This document shows positions 37,667 to 46,870 of a DNA stretch of 64,000 nucleotides, piece by piece. Each line of letters begins with the position of its first letter. The first letter of the stretch is position 1. The position numbers and the translations under genes were made by a program. The notes below the pieces were generated by a model. That model saw only the letters and a program-made list of their open reading frames with translations, was not told where the DNA came from and ran no database searches. The stretch lies in IMG/VR virus record IMGVR_UViG_3300022660_000043. One strand, given 5' to 3'. This stretch comes from a virus (lineage: Duplodnaviria > Caudoviricetes).

Positions 37667-38128
37667 CTAACACTCCTTTTCTATAAGTTGTCTTAAAATT
37701 CCATCATCTGACCTCATATAAATAACACCATTCTTATTTATTATACGATTAATACCTGCATTTTTAATTAGGCGCAAACAAATCTCACAGGGCCAAGCTT
37801 CACACTCAAGGGCTATGCCAGATTTTACATCATAACCTGAAAGATAAAGATCTGCTCCAATCATATCTTTACGTGACGCACTGAGCAAAGCATTCATTTC
37901 TGCATGAACTGCGGGACAAGTTTCAAAAGTAGCCATATCTTTGCCACTATTACATTTAGTACATACTGCACAATGTGCTTCACCTCTAGGTGGATTATTA
38001 TAGCCAGTACTGAGAATCTCTCCCTCCGAAACTACCACCGCTCCATAATGTTTTCTAAGACAAGTAGATCTTTCAGAAACTGCTTTAGCTATATTAAGAT
38101 AATATTCATCTAATGACGGTCTTTTCAT
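37667..38128 (-). CDS. dCMP deaminase (ComEB/DCTD family)
   Basis: RSTC, STGYN, HAEMNA, PCEIC. Confidence 0.9.
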   Translation of the reverse strand: MKRPSLDEYYLNIAKAVSERSTCLRKHYGAVVVSEGEILSTGYNNPPRGEAHCAVCTKCNSGKDMATFETCPAVHAEMNALLSASRKDMIGADLYLSGYDVKSGIALECEAWPCEICLRLIKNAGINRIINKNGVIYMRSDDGILRQLIEKEC

Positions 38129-38169
38129 AATTCCTCCTATTGAAAATATTACTCATTTTATAATACAAT

Positions 38170-38198
38170 AAAAGCAGGCTATTTTTCAAGCCTGCTTA
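38170..38198 (-). terminator. Rho-independent terminator
   Basis: aagcaggct-atttttca-agcctgctt. Confidence 0.7.
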
Positions 38199-38201
38199 GC
38201 T

Positions 38202-38471
38202 TTAAAGCGGAATTATTTCAACTTTAGGTAATCTCTGACTAGGTGTTTCAGAACTCGGCTGCTTCACCACAGAAGCCTTAAAATCTTTAATAAAAGCAAT
38301 AGCTTCCTTGCATTCATCACAAACCCAAGGATAATAATTACAACCATAAGGAACCTCTCGTACATTATCACAAAGTAGACACCCTTGCATTGCTTTTATT
38401 GGCCCTATTTCAAGAGTTCTTACCTCTGTAGGGTCTATATCCAATTTTGTTGTACTCTTTTCTGAATCCAT
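38202..38471 (-). CDS. Small zinc-finger-like protein, paralogous to 37418-37663
   Basis: CLLC...CDECKEAI. Confidence 0.6.
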   Translation of the reverse strand: MDSEKSTTKLDIDPTEVRTLEIGPIKAMQGCLLCDNVREVPYGCNYYPWVCDECKEAIAFIKDFKASVVKQPSSETPSQRLPKVEIIPL

Positions 38472-39019
38472 TACATCTCCTCATAAGCTTTCTTTAGAAA
38501 TTCTGTATTATTTTTATACCACTCAAAAAATGCTTCTTCACCGCAGGTAACTAAATTCATAATCATCTTATCAAGAAATTCTTCAGAGGCAGGATGCTGA
38601 ATTCTTTTACCTTTGCATTTATTTTCCCAATAATCTAAAAGTATTTCAGGGACCCATCTATCAGGATTATATGCCTTTGAGGCACCGAGCATATCGCAAA
38701 AGCTTTCAATAATATATTTATAAGGCATCTTCATAGGAATGATTTTACCTTCTTCATCCTCATCCCACCAGTACTGAAAGTGATGTTTATTAGTATGATA
38801 ATGATGAATCCAAGAAGGTGAGTATCCAAGCTGTTCACGCGCTACTTGGTGAGGGCTCTTTCTACCGGTATAATATTTACAAATCTTCATTTCAGTAATA
38901 GAATACTTACTAAGATCATGTACTAAGCCTTGCCAGATAAGCCCCATCTTAAAGCAGGCTTTTCTAACAAACTTTCTATGGGTTCTGATAATTTTAAGAT
39001 GCTTACAGAATTCCTTCAT
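38471..39019 (-). CDS. DUF5662-like HD-related protein
   Basis: H..FV, HDLSKYS, HH..TNKHH..YW, E..CD. Confidence 0.7.
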   Translation of the reverse strand: MKEFCKHLKIIRTHRKFVRKACFKMGLIWQGLVHDLSKYSITEMKICKYYTGRKSPHQVAREQLGYSPSWIHHYHTNKHHFQYWWDEDEEGKIIPMKMPYKYIIESFCDMLGASKAYNPDRWVPEILLDYWENKCKGKRIQHPASEEFLDKMIMNLVTCGEEAFFEWYKNNTEFLKKAYEEM

Positions 39020-39311
39020 TTATATACTCCTCAGGTACTGGAATAGAAATAAAATCTTCATGCAGATAACAAAACAATTTATGATAATTTGGCAAAGCAA
39101 CAAGCTCGCCCTCTAAACACTTTAAATTTACTCGCTTCAAAGATTCAGCAAGCACCTTATCTAAGTATTCATTTGCTTTCTTCTTAGCTTCTTCTGCACG
39201 CTCAATTTCCATCTGCCAAAGTTTAACACTCTCAACAGCAGCTAAAATCTCGTTAGTCTCAGCAAGAGTAACAACGTTAGCTGTCAATTTGTTCATCGGG
39301 ATTTTCGTCAT
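39003..39311 (-). CDS. Hypothetical protein
   Basis: ORF in operon. Confidence 0.6.
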   Translation of the reverse strand: MTKIPMNKLTANVVTLAETNEILAAVESVKLWQMEIERAEEAKKKANEYLDKVLAESLKRVNLKCLEGELVALPNYHKLFCYLHEDFISIPVPEEYINEGIL

Positions 39312-39555
39312 TAGGCTCCTCCAAAAATACTATTTTTTCTATATCGTCAACACTAAACTCTAAAGATAATGCTAAAGTCTTTTCCTTTTCGATTCTAAAT
39401 GCACGAAATTTTTTAGTCCAAATACCTTTCTTATTTTGAGTCACTGTTAAATTTGTAACTTGCCAAGGCTTCCATTTACCAGCTTCTCCATAGTACCAAG
39501 ATCTTGCCCAAATTATATCGCCTACGGAACAAGGTAGCTCAATTATGGTTTTCAC
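39277..39555 (-). CDS. Hypothetical phage protein
   Basis: LPCSVGD..W...KIVFL pattern common in small phage proteins. Confidence 0.6.
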   Translation of the reverse strand: MKTIIELPCSVGDIIWARSWYYGEAGKWKPWQVTNLTVTQNKKGIWTKKFRAFRIEKEKTLALSLEFSVDDIEKIVFLEEPNDENPDEQIDS

Positions 39556-39698
39556 TCAGCCACCTCCTTAAGATAGGCTTCGAGAGCTAAACGGATAAGT
39601 AAACTTAACGTAATGTCTTTTTCTTCTGCAGCAAGCTTAGCTTTGTCGATCAGCTCTTTTGAAGCATCAAAATTAACTCGCACTCGTTCTTTTTTCAT
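39552..39698 (-). CDS. Ribbon-helix-helix protein (48 aa)
   Basis: Hand-translated MKKERVRVNFDASKELIDKAKLAAEEKDITLSLLIRLALEAYLKEVAE; GGAGG RBS inside the endonuclease gene. Confidence 0.75.
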   Translation of the reverse strand: MKKERVRVNFDASKELIDKAKLAAEEKDITLSLLIRLALEAYLKEVAE

Positions 39699-40377
39699 TA
39701 TCTAAGTACCTCCACATAAAGCCGCCTGTTTGATGCAGCTTGCCTGTACAACATTTACTAATATTTTGGTGCTTAATTCCAGTTGATCTTTCTGCCTCAG
39801 AGCATGAGCTAAATTCTGCTACAAACTTCCCATCTTTTGTATATTGTAATACACGTTTAGGTTGTCCTTTACTTGCTCCAATAGGCTTTATTTGATAGCT
39901 ATCATAATCCTCTACGTGGCACCAATAAAATCCATTAGCTGAATTTATTGTACCTAAGCAGCAATGACTAATATTAGCTTGACTAATCCCTGTAATTCTT
40001 TCCGCCTGTCTAGTGGATTCATATATAGCTAATATATTTTTATTGGCATCTAGTTGGTAGATAGCTTTTTGGAAATGCTGAGGCATACTACCACCTAAGC
40101 TCGTATTATAGCCACGATTAATACTATCAAACTTAGCAATGTAATATTGTTCTCGTAAATTTGCATGCTCTGCAGAAATACAGTATTCTAAAATTTCATG
40201 ATTAAATGAATCCCAACCGTACTTACGAATTGCACTGTGAAACTTAGGCTGATTTACGTAACCATTGCCTTTTTGCCAACGTTTTTCAGGATCTTTAACT
40301 TGTACCGTTTGGCCTATATAGCACTTATTATTTTTAATATTAGTATGTCTATAAATTAAATGAGTAAACATCATCAT
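39673..40377 (-). CDS. GIY-YIG homing endonuclease with two NUMOD1-like repeats
   Basis: LIYRHTN..NNKCYIGQT, EQYYI, GYN; AER.TGI...NIS.CC.G....G..W twice; paralog of 36628-37365. Confidence 0.9.
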   Translation of the reverse strand: MMMFTHLIYRHTNIKNNKCYIGQTVQVKDPEKRWQKGNGYVNQPKFHSAIRKYGWDSFNHEILEYCISAEHANLREQYYIAKFDSINRGYNTSLGGSMPQHFQKAIYQLDANKNILAIYESTRQAERITGISQANISHCCLGTINSANGFYWCHVEDYDSYQIKPIGASKGQPKRVLQYTKDGKFVAEFSSCSEAERSTGIKHQNISKCCTGKLHQTGGFMWRYLDNEKRTSAS

Positions 40378-40427
40378 CACCCCACTCATTTAATTTAGCA
40401 TATTTTTACGTAAAATTTATACAAAAA

Positions 40428-41273
40428 TTACTCAGCTACTTGAAACTTAGTTGCAAGCTTTGTAGATTCATAACCGACAAGCTCAAAATCATCTTCAGTG
40501 AAATCATAAAAATCTTTTACCTCAGAATTAAGCTTAAGCTGTGGGCCAGGATATTCAGGATTCTGAATAACCTCTTTGACAAGCTCTACATGACGATCAT
40601 AAATATGAAGGTTATTTACAATATGTACAAGCTCTCCGGGTTGATAACCACAAACCTGAGCAAGCATATGTACAAGCAGCGCATACTGAATTGTGTCCCA
40701 ACCACCAGAAGAGGCTGCAGCAAGTAAATCACCGGATCTTTGAATTACTGTACAATTAAGCTTTCCGTCTGTCACATCCCAAAGAGTTTCATATACACAA
40801 GGCGGAAGGTTCATTTCATGAAGATCCTGAGGACACCACATAGTAGTAATCATTCTACGATCCATAGGCTTGTTCTTCAGAAGATAAATAAGGTTATCTA
40901 CCTGATCAAACTTACCATAACCATAATCAGAAATCTTACCAAGCTGATAGCCATAGGTTTTACCAATGGTTCCGTCGTCGCCTTCCCAGGCTCTCCAAAT
41001 AGCAGCAGACTTTCCAAGCTCGTCTACTACATTAGACTTCTTCTGCCACATCCAAAGTAGCTCCCTTACTACCCCCTTAAAAGCTTGAGTTCTAAGAGTA
41101 AGAATAGGAAATTCCTTGGAAAGATCATAGCGTCTTACAGCGCAAAAAGTTTTAATAGTATGAGCCGGAGTACCATCAGGCCACTTAGGTCTTACCGAAT
41201 AATCCTTATCATTAAAACCATTAGTAAGAAGCTCATTAACTTCATTCTTAAAATAAATATCGGCAACTGACAT
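40428..41273 (-). CDS. thyA: Thymidylate synthase family enzyme (Asp at the Asn177-equivalent site)
   Basis: FPILT, ELLW, YGYQ, RRM, PPC, QRSGD, HIYDRH. Confidence 0.88.
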   Translation of the reverse strand: MSVADIYFKNEVNELLTNGFNDKDYSVRPKWPDGTPAHTIKTFCAVRRYDLSKEFPILTLRTQAFKGVVRELLWMWQKKSNVVDELGKSAAIWRAWEGDDGTIGKTYGYQLGKISDYGYGKFDQVDNLIYLLKNKPMDRRMITTMWCPQDLHEMNLPPCVYETLWDVTDGKLNCTVIQRSGDLLAAASSGGWDTIQYALLVHMLAQVCGYQPGELVHIVNNLHIYDRHVELVKEVIQNPEYPGPQLKLNSEVKDFYDFTEDDFELVGYESTKLATKFQVAE

Positions 41274-41351
41274 ATTAATTCTCCTTAATAAAATTCTACA
41301 ATATATAATACAATAAAAGGCAACCATATTTTATGATCGCCTTTGTTTTTA

Positions 41352-41843
41352 TTAATTTTCTTCTTTAAGAGCTCTCTTAATTGCTGCAAGAAGCTCTTCA
41401 TATCTCTGTTTAGTATTCTTATGAAAAATAATTGTTTTCTTATGGTCCTCATACCACTTGAAAATCTCATCAAGTTTACCTTGTTTATGACTGAAAGACC
41501 AGTGATCACAGAGCATTTCGATAATGTACTCTTCTGGCATTTCAAGAGCATGAGTACCATCATCATCGTTAATCAGTACCCAATGCTGCCAATGATGAGG
41601 GTTTGCATGAATATGATGAAGCCAAGCAAAATTGAACTGCTCTTCTACTTCTTTAGTCTTAGACTTGCCATAAAAATATTTGTCATAAGCATCATACTCT
41701 TCATTGCCCCATTTACTTACGTCATGAATATCAATTACCTGACGATACTGATCTTTGATAATCTTATGGTCTACAAGCCACTGATAAGCAGTTTCTACTG
41801 CTGTACGATGCTCAATAATATAATTGTCGTAATTTTTACTCAT
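41352..41843 (-). CDS. DUF5662-like HD-related protein
   Basis: HDVSK, AWLHH..NPHHWQHW, EMLCDHWS. Confidence 0.7.
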   Translation of the reverse strand: MSKNYDNYIIEHRTAVETAYQWLVDHKIIKDQYRQVIDIHDVSKWGNEEYDAYDKYFYGKSKTKEVEEQFNFAWLHHIHANPHHWQHWVLINDDDGTHALEMPEEYIIEMLCDHWSFSHKQGKLDEIFKWYEDHKKTIIFHKNTKQRYEELLAAIKRALKEEN

Positions 41844-42358
41844 ACTAACTCCAATCTAGAAAGTTTATTTTTTAGATCCTCAAGACTACCTGTATTATAA
41901 ATAATATGATCAAAATCAAAATTATCAAGAGCAGTTTCTGAAGGATGTTGTTTCTGAGTCTCACTAAGACCATTATCAAAATCTGGTCTAATAACTCTAA
42001 TTAAAGTTGTGTCAAAGTTTGCTCTCATCTTCTCAACCTCATTTACAAAACGACAATCAGGAATAATTACTACATCCCAAGAGTCCTCAAAAAGATTAAG
42101 AATACTGATAATAAAATCTACCCAAAAATCAGGCTGTTTAGCACAAACTGTATTTGTTCCTACTTGCTGAAGAAGTGTTCTGCCATAATCGTCTTTCTCA
42201 CCATTCCAGCCGAAAAAAGTCTTACAAATATACTTAAGTAGATCTGCGTAGTGAGTAATCAAAACTCTTTTACCCTTCGCCTTATAAGTCTCTTCAAGAA
42301 TTAAAGCTGAAGTATCTTTACCATGCTGAGCTTTTGCACTGATTAAAATAACTTTCAT
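41840..42358 (-). CDS. Deoxynucleoside monophosphate kinase (phage type)
   Basis: P-loop KAQHGKDT, ADLLK, R.LLQ..GT, DCRF.NE, HPSE. Confidence 0.85.
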   Translation of the reverse strand: MKVILISAKAQHGKDTSALILEETYKAKGKRVLITHYADLLKYICKTFFGWNGEKDDYGRTLLQQVGTNTVCAKQPDFWVDFIISILNLFEDSWDVVIIPDCRFVNEVEKMRANFDTTLIRVIRPDFDNGLSETQKQHPSETALDNFDFDHIIYNTGSLEDLKNKLSRLELV

Positions 42359-42500
42359 AATTTTCTCCCAAAAAATATATTCAATATAAAATACAATATT
42401 AATAATTATATTTTTAAAAATCTTAAAATAATTTTTATAAAGCTTTATATATAATACTTTATAATAAATATATAATATAAAGCTTTATATAATATATTAT

Positions 42501-44096
42501 TTAATTTTTAAAAATTGTAACATTTTCGTGAATTTCTTTAAGCATCTTATTTTTAACTGCGCGATACTTCTTTATAAGCATTTCATAAATATCTGAATGA
42601 TCATCTTCAAGCTCTTTGATAAGTTTTTGCAAATCTAGAATTTCTTGATCATGTGCTTTTGTTAAATAAGACATTGGCTTTTTAAGCACTTCTTTTGCTA
42701 CTTCAGTAGTACCTGCTTTAAAACGCGTAGCTATATAGTTTACAGCATCATCATAAGAAAGGTCAAAAATATCTTTCCAATTATTTGTCTTTTTAAGACT
42801 CTCAATGATTTGAAGTACAAGAAGTCTGTCTCTATTTTCTGCAATCTGCTGTACAAGCCTGTTATTATGAGTGTCAATTAGATATTTTAAATTTGCCTTT
42901 ACAACACTATGAAAACTTGTAGGTACATAAATATATTGCTGATCAAAGAAAGCCATATTATAAGCTTCTGAGGCTTGTAATTTAGTGTATAAACGCTTGT
43001 AAAGCTCTTGCATATTACATTGCTTTTTGTAGACCTTTTCTATTACAATGCGGGTGTCATAAGTAGATTCGTCTCTAAGATCTGCCTTATCCAGCAAAAT
43101 TTCTTTTTCTATGATTTTGCGTACGTGTTCTACAGTTTTAGAAGGTGGCAAGGCTGTGATAGTAATAGTACCATCTTTATCAATAGTCATTTTAGGGGCA
43201 AGTCTAATACTTCCTTTTCCCGTTTGAAGTACGTTTTCCCACTCAGCCTTAGACGATAAAATATCTGTTCCTATATTAGGAATAGGTAATTTTTTAGGCT
43301 TATGATCAAGGTCTTTTGCTTTAAGCACTTCAATATAGTAATCAAACATGCCAGCAATATCAAGACAAGGGATATTAAGCTTAGGAAGACCTGCCGGAAT
43401 ACCGCTCTGACCATTAATAAAGCAGAGAGGCAAAAGAGTAGGCAAAGCTTCAGGTTCAGGCTTATCCAGCTCACCGGTAATATAATTACAATATTCAATA
43501 CTATCACAGAGCAAACTAATAGCAGTATCGGAAATCATACCTCCGATATAACGATCGGCAGACGGCTGAATATCTTTAGAGCTATCTCCCCAGTTTCCCT
43601 GAGTCTTCATAAACTTAAATTTATTGCCACCATCACCAAGAGCTACAATAACCCCTGAAATAGATGTAGGATGCGGGTGATATGGCAGGGCTGCGGCAGC
43701 AAGTTCTGCTACCTTTACAATACTTCTTGGAGAGTCTTTCCACATGCCGTAAATAGCTCTCTTATAAGAAGATTTTGCGCCATCAATTATGCAAGGATAA
43801 GCTCTACCTTGTGAAATATATTTACCATATTCTCTATAATTTTCACGCGCAAGCTCAAGAGCATCTTTTTGCAAAAGCGCATGTACCACCGGTTTTGTTT
43901 TGGTAGTTTTAGGCTTTGAAACAACTGTTTTGTTTGCATTAACTTTTTCAGTTGTCATGACTTTTACTTTTACAGTTTCAAGCTCAGAACTTGCCACATC
44001 GTCCATTTTTTGCTCCTGAGGCTCGTTTAGACTTTCGCTAAACAAGTCAAAGACCCCCAGGTCAAAACTCGATGTAGGTACCTTATTTTTAGCCAC
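42501..44096 (-). CDS. Type IIA topoisomerase subunit A (GyrA/ParC-like, lacks beta-pinwheel CTD)
   Basis: RAYP..IDGAK, YHPH, QGNWG, catalytic SADRY, LP...ING.SGI. Confidence 0.88.
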   Translation of the reverse strand: MAKNKVPTSSFDLGVFDLFSESLNEPQEQKMDDVASSELETVKVKVMTTEKVNANKTVVSKPKTTKTKPVVHALLQKDALELARENYREYGKYISQGRAYPCIIDGAKSSYKRAIYGMWKDSPRSIVKVAELAAAALPYHPHPTSISGVIVALGDGGNKFKFMKTQGNWGDSSKDIQPSADRYIGGMISDTAISLLCDSIEYCNYITGELDKPEPEALPTLLPLCFINGQSGIPAGLPKLNIPCLDIAGMFDYYIEVLKAKDLDHKPKKLPIPNIGTDILSSKAEWENVLQTGKGSIRLAPKMTIDKDGTITITALPPSKTVEHVRKIIEKEILLDKADLRDESTYDTRIVIEKVYKKQCNMQELYKRLYTKLQASEAYNMAFFDQQYIYVPTSFHSVVKANLKYLIDTHNNRLVQQIAENRDRLLVLQIIESLKKTNNWKDIFDLSYDDAVNYIATRFKAGTTEVAKEVLKKPMSYLTKAHDQEILDLQKLIKELEDDHSDIYEMLIKKYRAVKNKMLKEIHENVTIFKN

Positions 44097-44109
44097 AGTT
44101 CATCCCTCC

Positions 44110-44847
44110 TTATTCTGTTAATGTTTTTCTAGTATGCCCACAAATTAAATTTCGGAAGCTTCCGAGGGACATGCCACAATTTTTATATTCTTCGTATAAA
44201 TTTTTCATGGTTTCTCCATTATGATAACGCTGTCTTATATATAATACAGTTTGATCTGATAGTTTACTTCTAGGATTCTTTTCATTTGGGAAGCTATACA
44301 AAAGTCTTGCATTATTTTTATGCCAAAGCTTTACTTCTTCAGTATTTAACTCTGTAAGGACTGTTGGCCACGTTTCCCATGAATATATTTTTTTAAAGCC
44401 TGACTTTTGAATCTTATCAGAATAATCTTCATAAATATCTTGTACAGACTCAACACAAGCTGCATATCTATATCGAATATCTTTGACGTCTGCTTCTGTT
44501 ACTTTATGGTTATGATGTTGTTCCCCAAATATGCCAGAGACTCCTTCTCCACCTAAAGTAGCATTATATCCATTATTATAAGTATCATAAAAGCTAATCC
44601 AGTAAATTTCTCTGGCATCTAAGACTTTACGGTCTTTAGTAAAGAGCTCTTCAAGCACTTCAACTTCGAAGTTGTCTTTTCCATATTTTCGTATAGCTCT
44701 ATATAAAGCTTTATTGTACTCAATATCCTGTTCACAGTCTAAAGAAGCACGTCTAAAGTGTGATTTTAAACGTGCCTCAATATTAACAGATTTTCCTATG
44801 TAGGCGTGATGTGTAATTTTATTAGTTATTTTATATATGCCAATCAT
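44110..44847 (-). CDS. GIY-YIG homing endonuclease between the topo II subunits
   Basis: GIYKITN...YIGKS, REIYWI, GYNAT.GG; two C-terminal K(L/V)(S/T)...V..IR HTH-like units. Confidence 0.9.
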   Translation of the reverse strand: MIGIYKITNKITHHAYIGKSVNIEARLKSHFRRASLDCEQDIEYNKALYRAIRKYGKDNFEVEVLEELFTKDRKVLDAREIYWISFYDTYNNGYNATLGGEGVSGIFGEQHHNHKVTEADVKDIRYRYAACVESVQDIYEDYSDKIQKSGFKKIYSWETWPTVLTELNTEEVKLWHKNNARLLYSFPNEKNPRSKLSDQTVLYIRQRYHNGETMKNLYEEYKNCGMSLGSFRNLICGHTRKTLTE

Positions 44848-44901
44848 TTTAAACTCCTTTCACTTCTCCGAGTCCTCAATAAATTTAGCATATATTTGTA
44901 G

Positions 44902-46764
44902 TTAATTTTCACTGATAATTAAACCTAATCCACGCAATAATTCTCCCTTACCTTCTGAGGTACCAAGAATACGATTAAACTCATCAATATCACTGGGATA
45001 GTCAACCTGTAAGACTTTTCGTGTTGCTTTGTTTACTAAGAAGTGATATAACTGATCGGGATTCATAGCTCCTAAGCCCTTAAATCTTTCTACTTTAACA
45101 CCGTTCGGTATATCTTCTACTTCATCGCACCAGCCATACTCTCCTTTTTTTGTTTCCCAACAATAAAGAGGTGGAAGTGACACATACACTCTTCCCTGCT
45201 TTACCATATCTGGAAACAAATTTACAAATACAGCAAGAACAAGGCAGTTAATCTGAAGACCATCGGGGTCTGCGTCCGCAGAAATAATAATTTTATCATA
45301 TCTTGACTTAGAAGCATCACACTGAGGTCCGATACCGCAACCGATAGAATTGGCAATATCACAAATTTCCTTATTCTTGATAACTTCTTTAATATCTTTA
45401 TAAGTAGTATTTAAGATCTTTCCACGGATAGGAAGTACTGCCTGAGTCTCTTTATCTCGTACATACAAATAAGGACCCATAGCTGAATCACCTTCAACAA
45501 TAAACAACTCAGTATTATCACGCTTTTTCGAAGTACACTCTACAAGCTTTGATACTACAGATCTTCTGCGGATGCTGTCAGAATTATCCTCATTAATTTT
45601 AATAAGGCTGCTGAGCTCTTTTTGATTAAGGAGCGCATTTTGGGACAAACGATATTCCTCAAAACGCTTCATAAGCTGCTGAGCAATTAGTACGTTATTT
45701 TCAAGGTACTTAGCAAGCTGCTTTGAGAACTTGTCCATAAGCTCGTCAAAATAAGCTTTATTTACAACCAACTTTTCCTTAGTCTGAGAAGAAAATTCAG
45801 GCTTAGAAATAAATACAGCACAAACACCCCTAAGACCAACAAGATAATCTGAAGGCTTAAGCTCTACAACAGGACGCAAGTTTTTGTGCTTATTAATAAA
45901 AGCTTCCCACGTAGAAATAACAGCCTTAGACATTGCTTGTACATGAGTACCCCCGAGATAGTTAGACAAAAGGTTAGTGTAACCAAAATAACGATCCTTC
46001 GTATCAGAAGTATATCTTAGAGCAACTTTCATCATTTCCTTTGCTTCATTTTCTACTTTTATTTCAGGAATATCAGCATAGGTTGCAATTTTAGAATCTT
46101 CCTCATGAATTAGGTCGAACATTGTGATATTATCTGCAATATCTACAAGCTTATCATCTACCATCAGATGTGCCTTAAATCCAAGAGCAGACGCAATCTT
46201 ACATCTATTTTCAATAAAGCTGATCGGAATGACAGCAGATTTAAACATTGTTGGGTCTGGCGTAAAAATTACCTCAGTTCCGTCTTGTTCTGTTGTTGAT
46301 CCTTTCTTTAATTCTAGGTCACCTGTATTTTTTGTATGTACAGATACAAACTTATTTTTTCTGATAGATTTAATCTGTAACGAAGTAGAAAGTGCATTGG
46401 TAATAGTAAGTCCGAGACCATTTAAGCCAGAAGAATAATTATAACTTGAATTGTCAAACTTACCACCAGAATTAGACTTAGTAATCAGAATCTCAAGAAT
46501 TTCTTTCTTTTCTCCAGTTTCTAAAGTCTTTGTACCGTGAGGAATCCCACGACCGAAATCTCTTACTCTGTAGGTATTTTTTACAGTATCTACATATACT
46601 CTAAGTTCTGGGCTATAACCCGCCTGTACTTCGTCAATAGCATTATCAAAAATTTCAGACAGCAGCTGTCTAGGGTCTTGGCCATCACCAATATACATTC
46701 CGCGTCTCAATCTAATATGACTTACATCATCCAGAACTTTGATATTATCTGCTGAATATCCCAT
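44902..46764 (-). CDS. Type IIA topoisomerase subunit B (GyrB/ParE-like)
   Basis: EIFDNAIDE, DFGRGIP, SGGKF, GLNGLG, VEGDSA, PIRGKILN, DADPDG, RFKGLG. Confidence 0.93.
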   Translation of the reverse strand: MGYSADNIKVLDDVSHIRLRRGMYIGDGQDPRQLLSEIFDNAIDEVQAGYSPELRVYVDTVKNTYRVRDFGRGIPHGTKTLETGEKKEILEILITKSNSGGKFDNSSYNYSSGLNGLGLTITNALSTSLQIKSIRKNKFVSVHTKNTGDLELKKGSTTEQDGTEVIFTPDPTMFKSAVIPISFIENRCKIASALGFKAHLMVDDKLVDIADNITMFDLIHEEDSKIATYADIPEIKVENEAKEMMKVALRYTSDTKDRYFGYTNLLSNYLGGTHVQAMSKAVISTWEAFINKHKNLRPVVELKPSDYLVGLRGVCAVFISKPEFSSQTKEKLVVNKAYFDELMDKFSKQLAKYLENNVLIAQQLMKRFEEYRLSQNALLNQKELSSLIKINEDNSDSIRRRSVVSKLVECTSKKRDNTELFIVEGDSAMGPYLYVRDKETQAVLPIRGKILNTTYKDIKEVIKNKEICDIANSIGCGIGPQCDASKSRYDKIIISADADPDGLQINCLVLAVFVNLFPDMVKQGRVYVSLPPLYCWETKKGEYGWCDEVEDIPNGVKVERFKGLGAMNPDQLYHFLVNKATRKVLQVDYPSDIDEFNRILGTSEGKGELLRGLGLIISEN

Positions 46765-46798
46765 AAATTCTCCTTTCAAATTGATAGTTCTACTATAT

Positions 46799-46809
46799 AT
46801 TATACAATA
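46799..46809 (-). promoter_or_regulatory. Putative early/middle promoter TATTGTATAAT (representative copy)
   Basis: Variants at about 9700, 12238, 16294, 18769, 28126, 31707, 31935, 31991, 34896, 38160, 41305, 42388. Confidence 0.7.
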
Positions 46810-46859
46810 AAGTTAAAAATAAAAAGACACGTTAAAACGTGTCTTTTTATTTTTAACTT
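46810..46859 (-). terminator. Long perfect inverted repeat/terminator separating the tail and replication modules
   Basis: aagttaaaaataaaaagacacgtt-aa-aacgtgtctttttatttttaactt (24-bp arms). Confidence 0.8.
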
Positions 46860-46870
46860 AAATAACTTTA

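Noticed and set aside
37661-37669. Readthrough fusion of dCMP deaminase (TAG) to the in-frame downstream zinc-finger ORF
   Set aside because: The downstream ORF has its own well-spaced AAGGAG RBS, so ordinary coupling explains it
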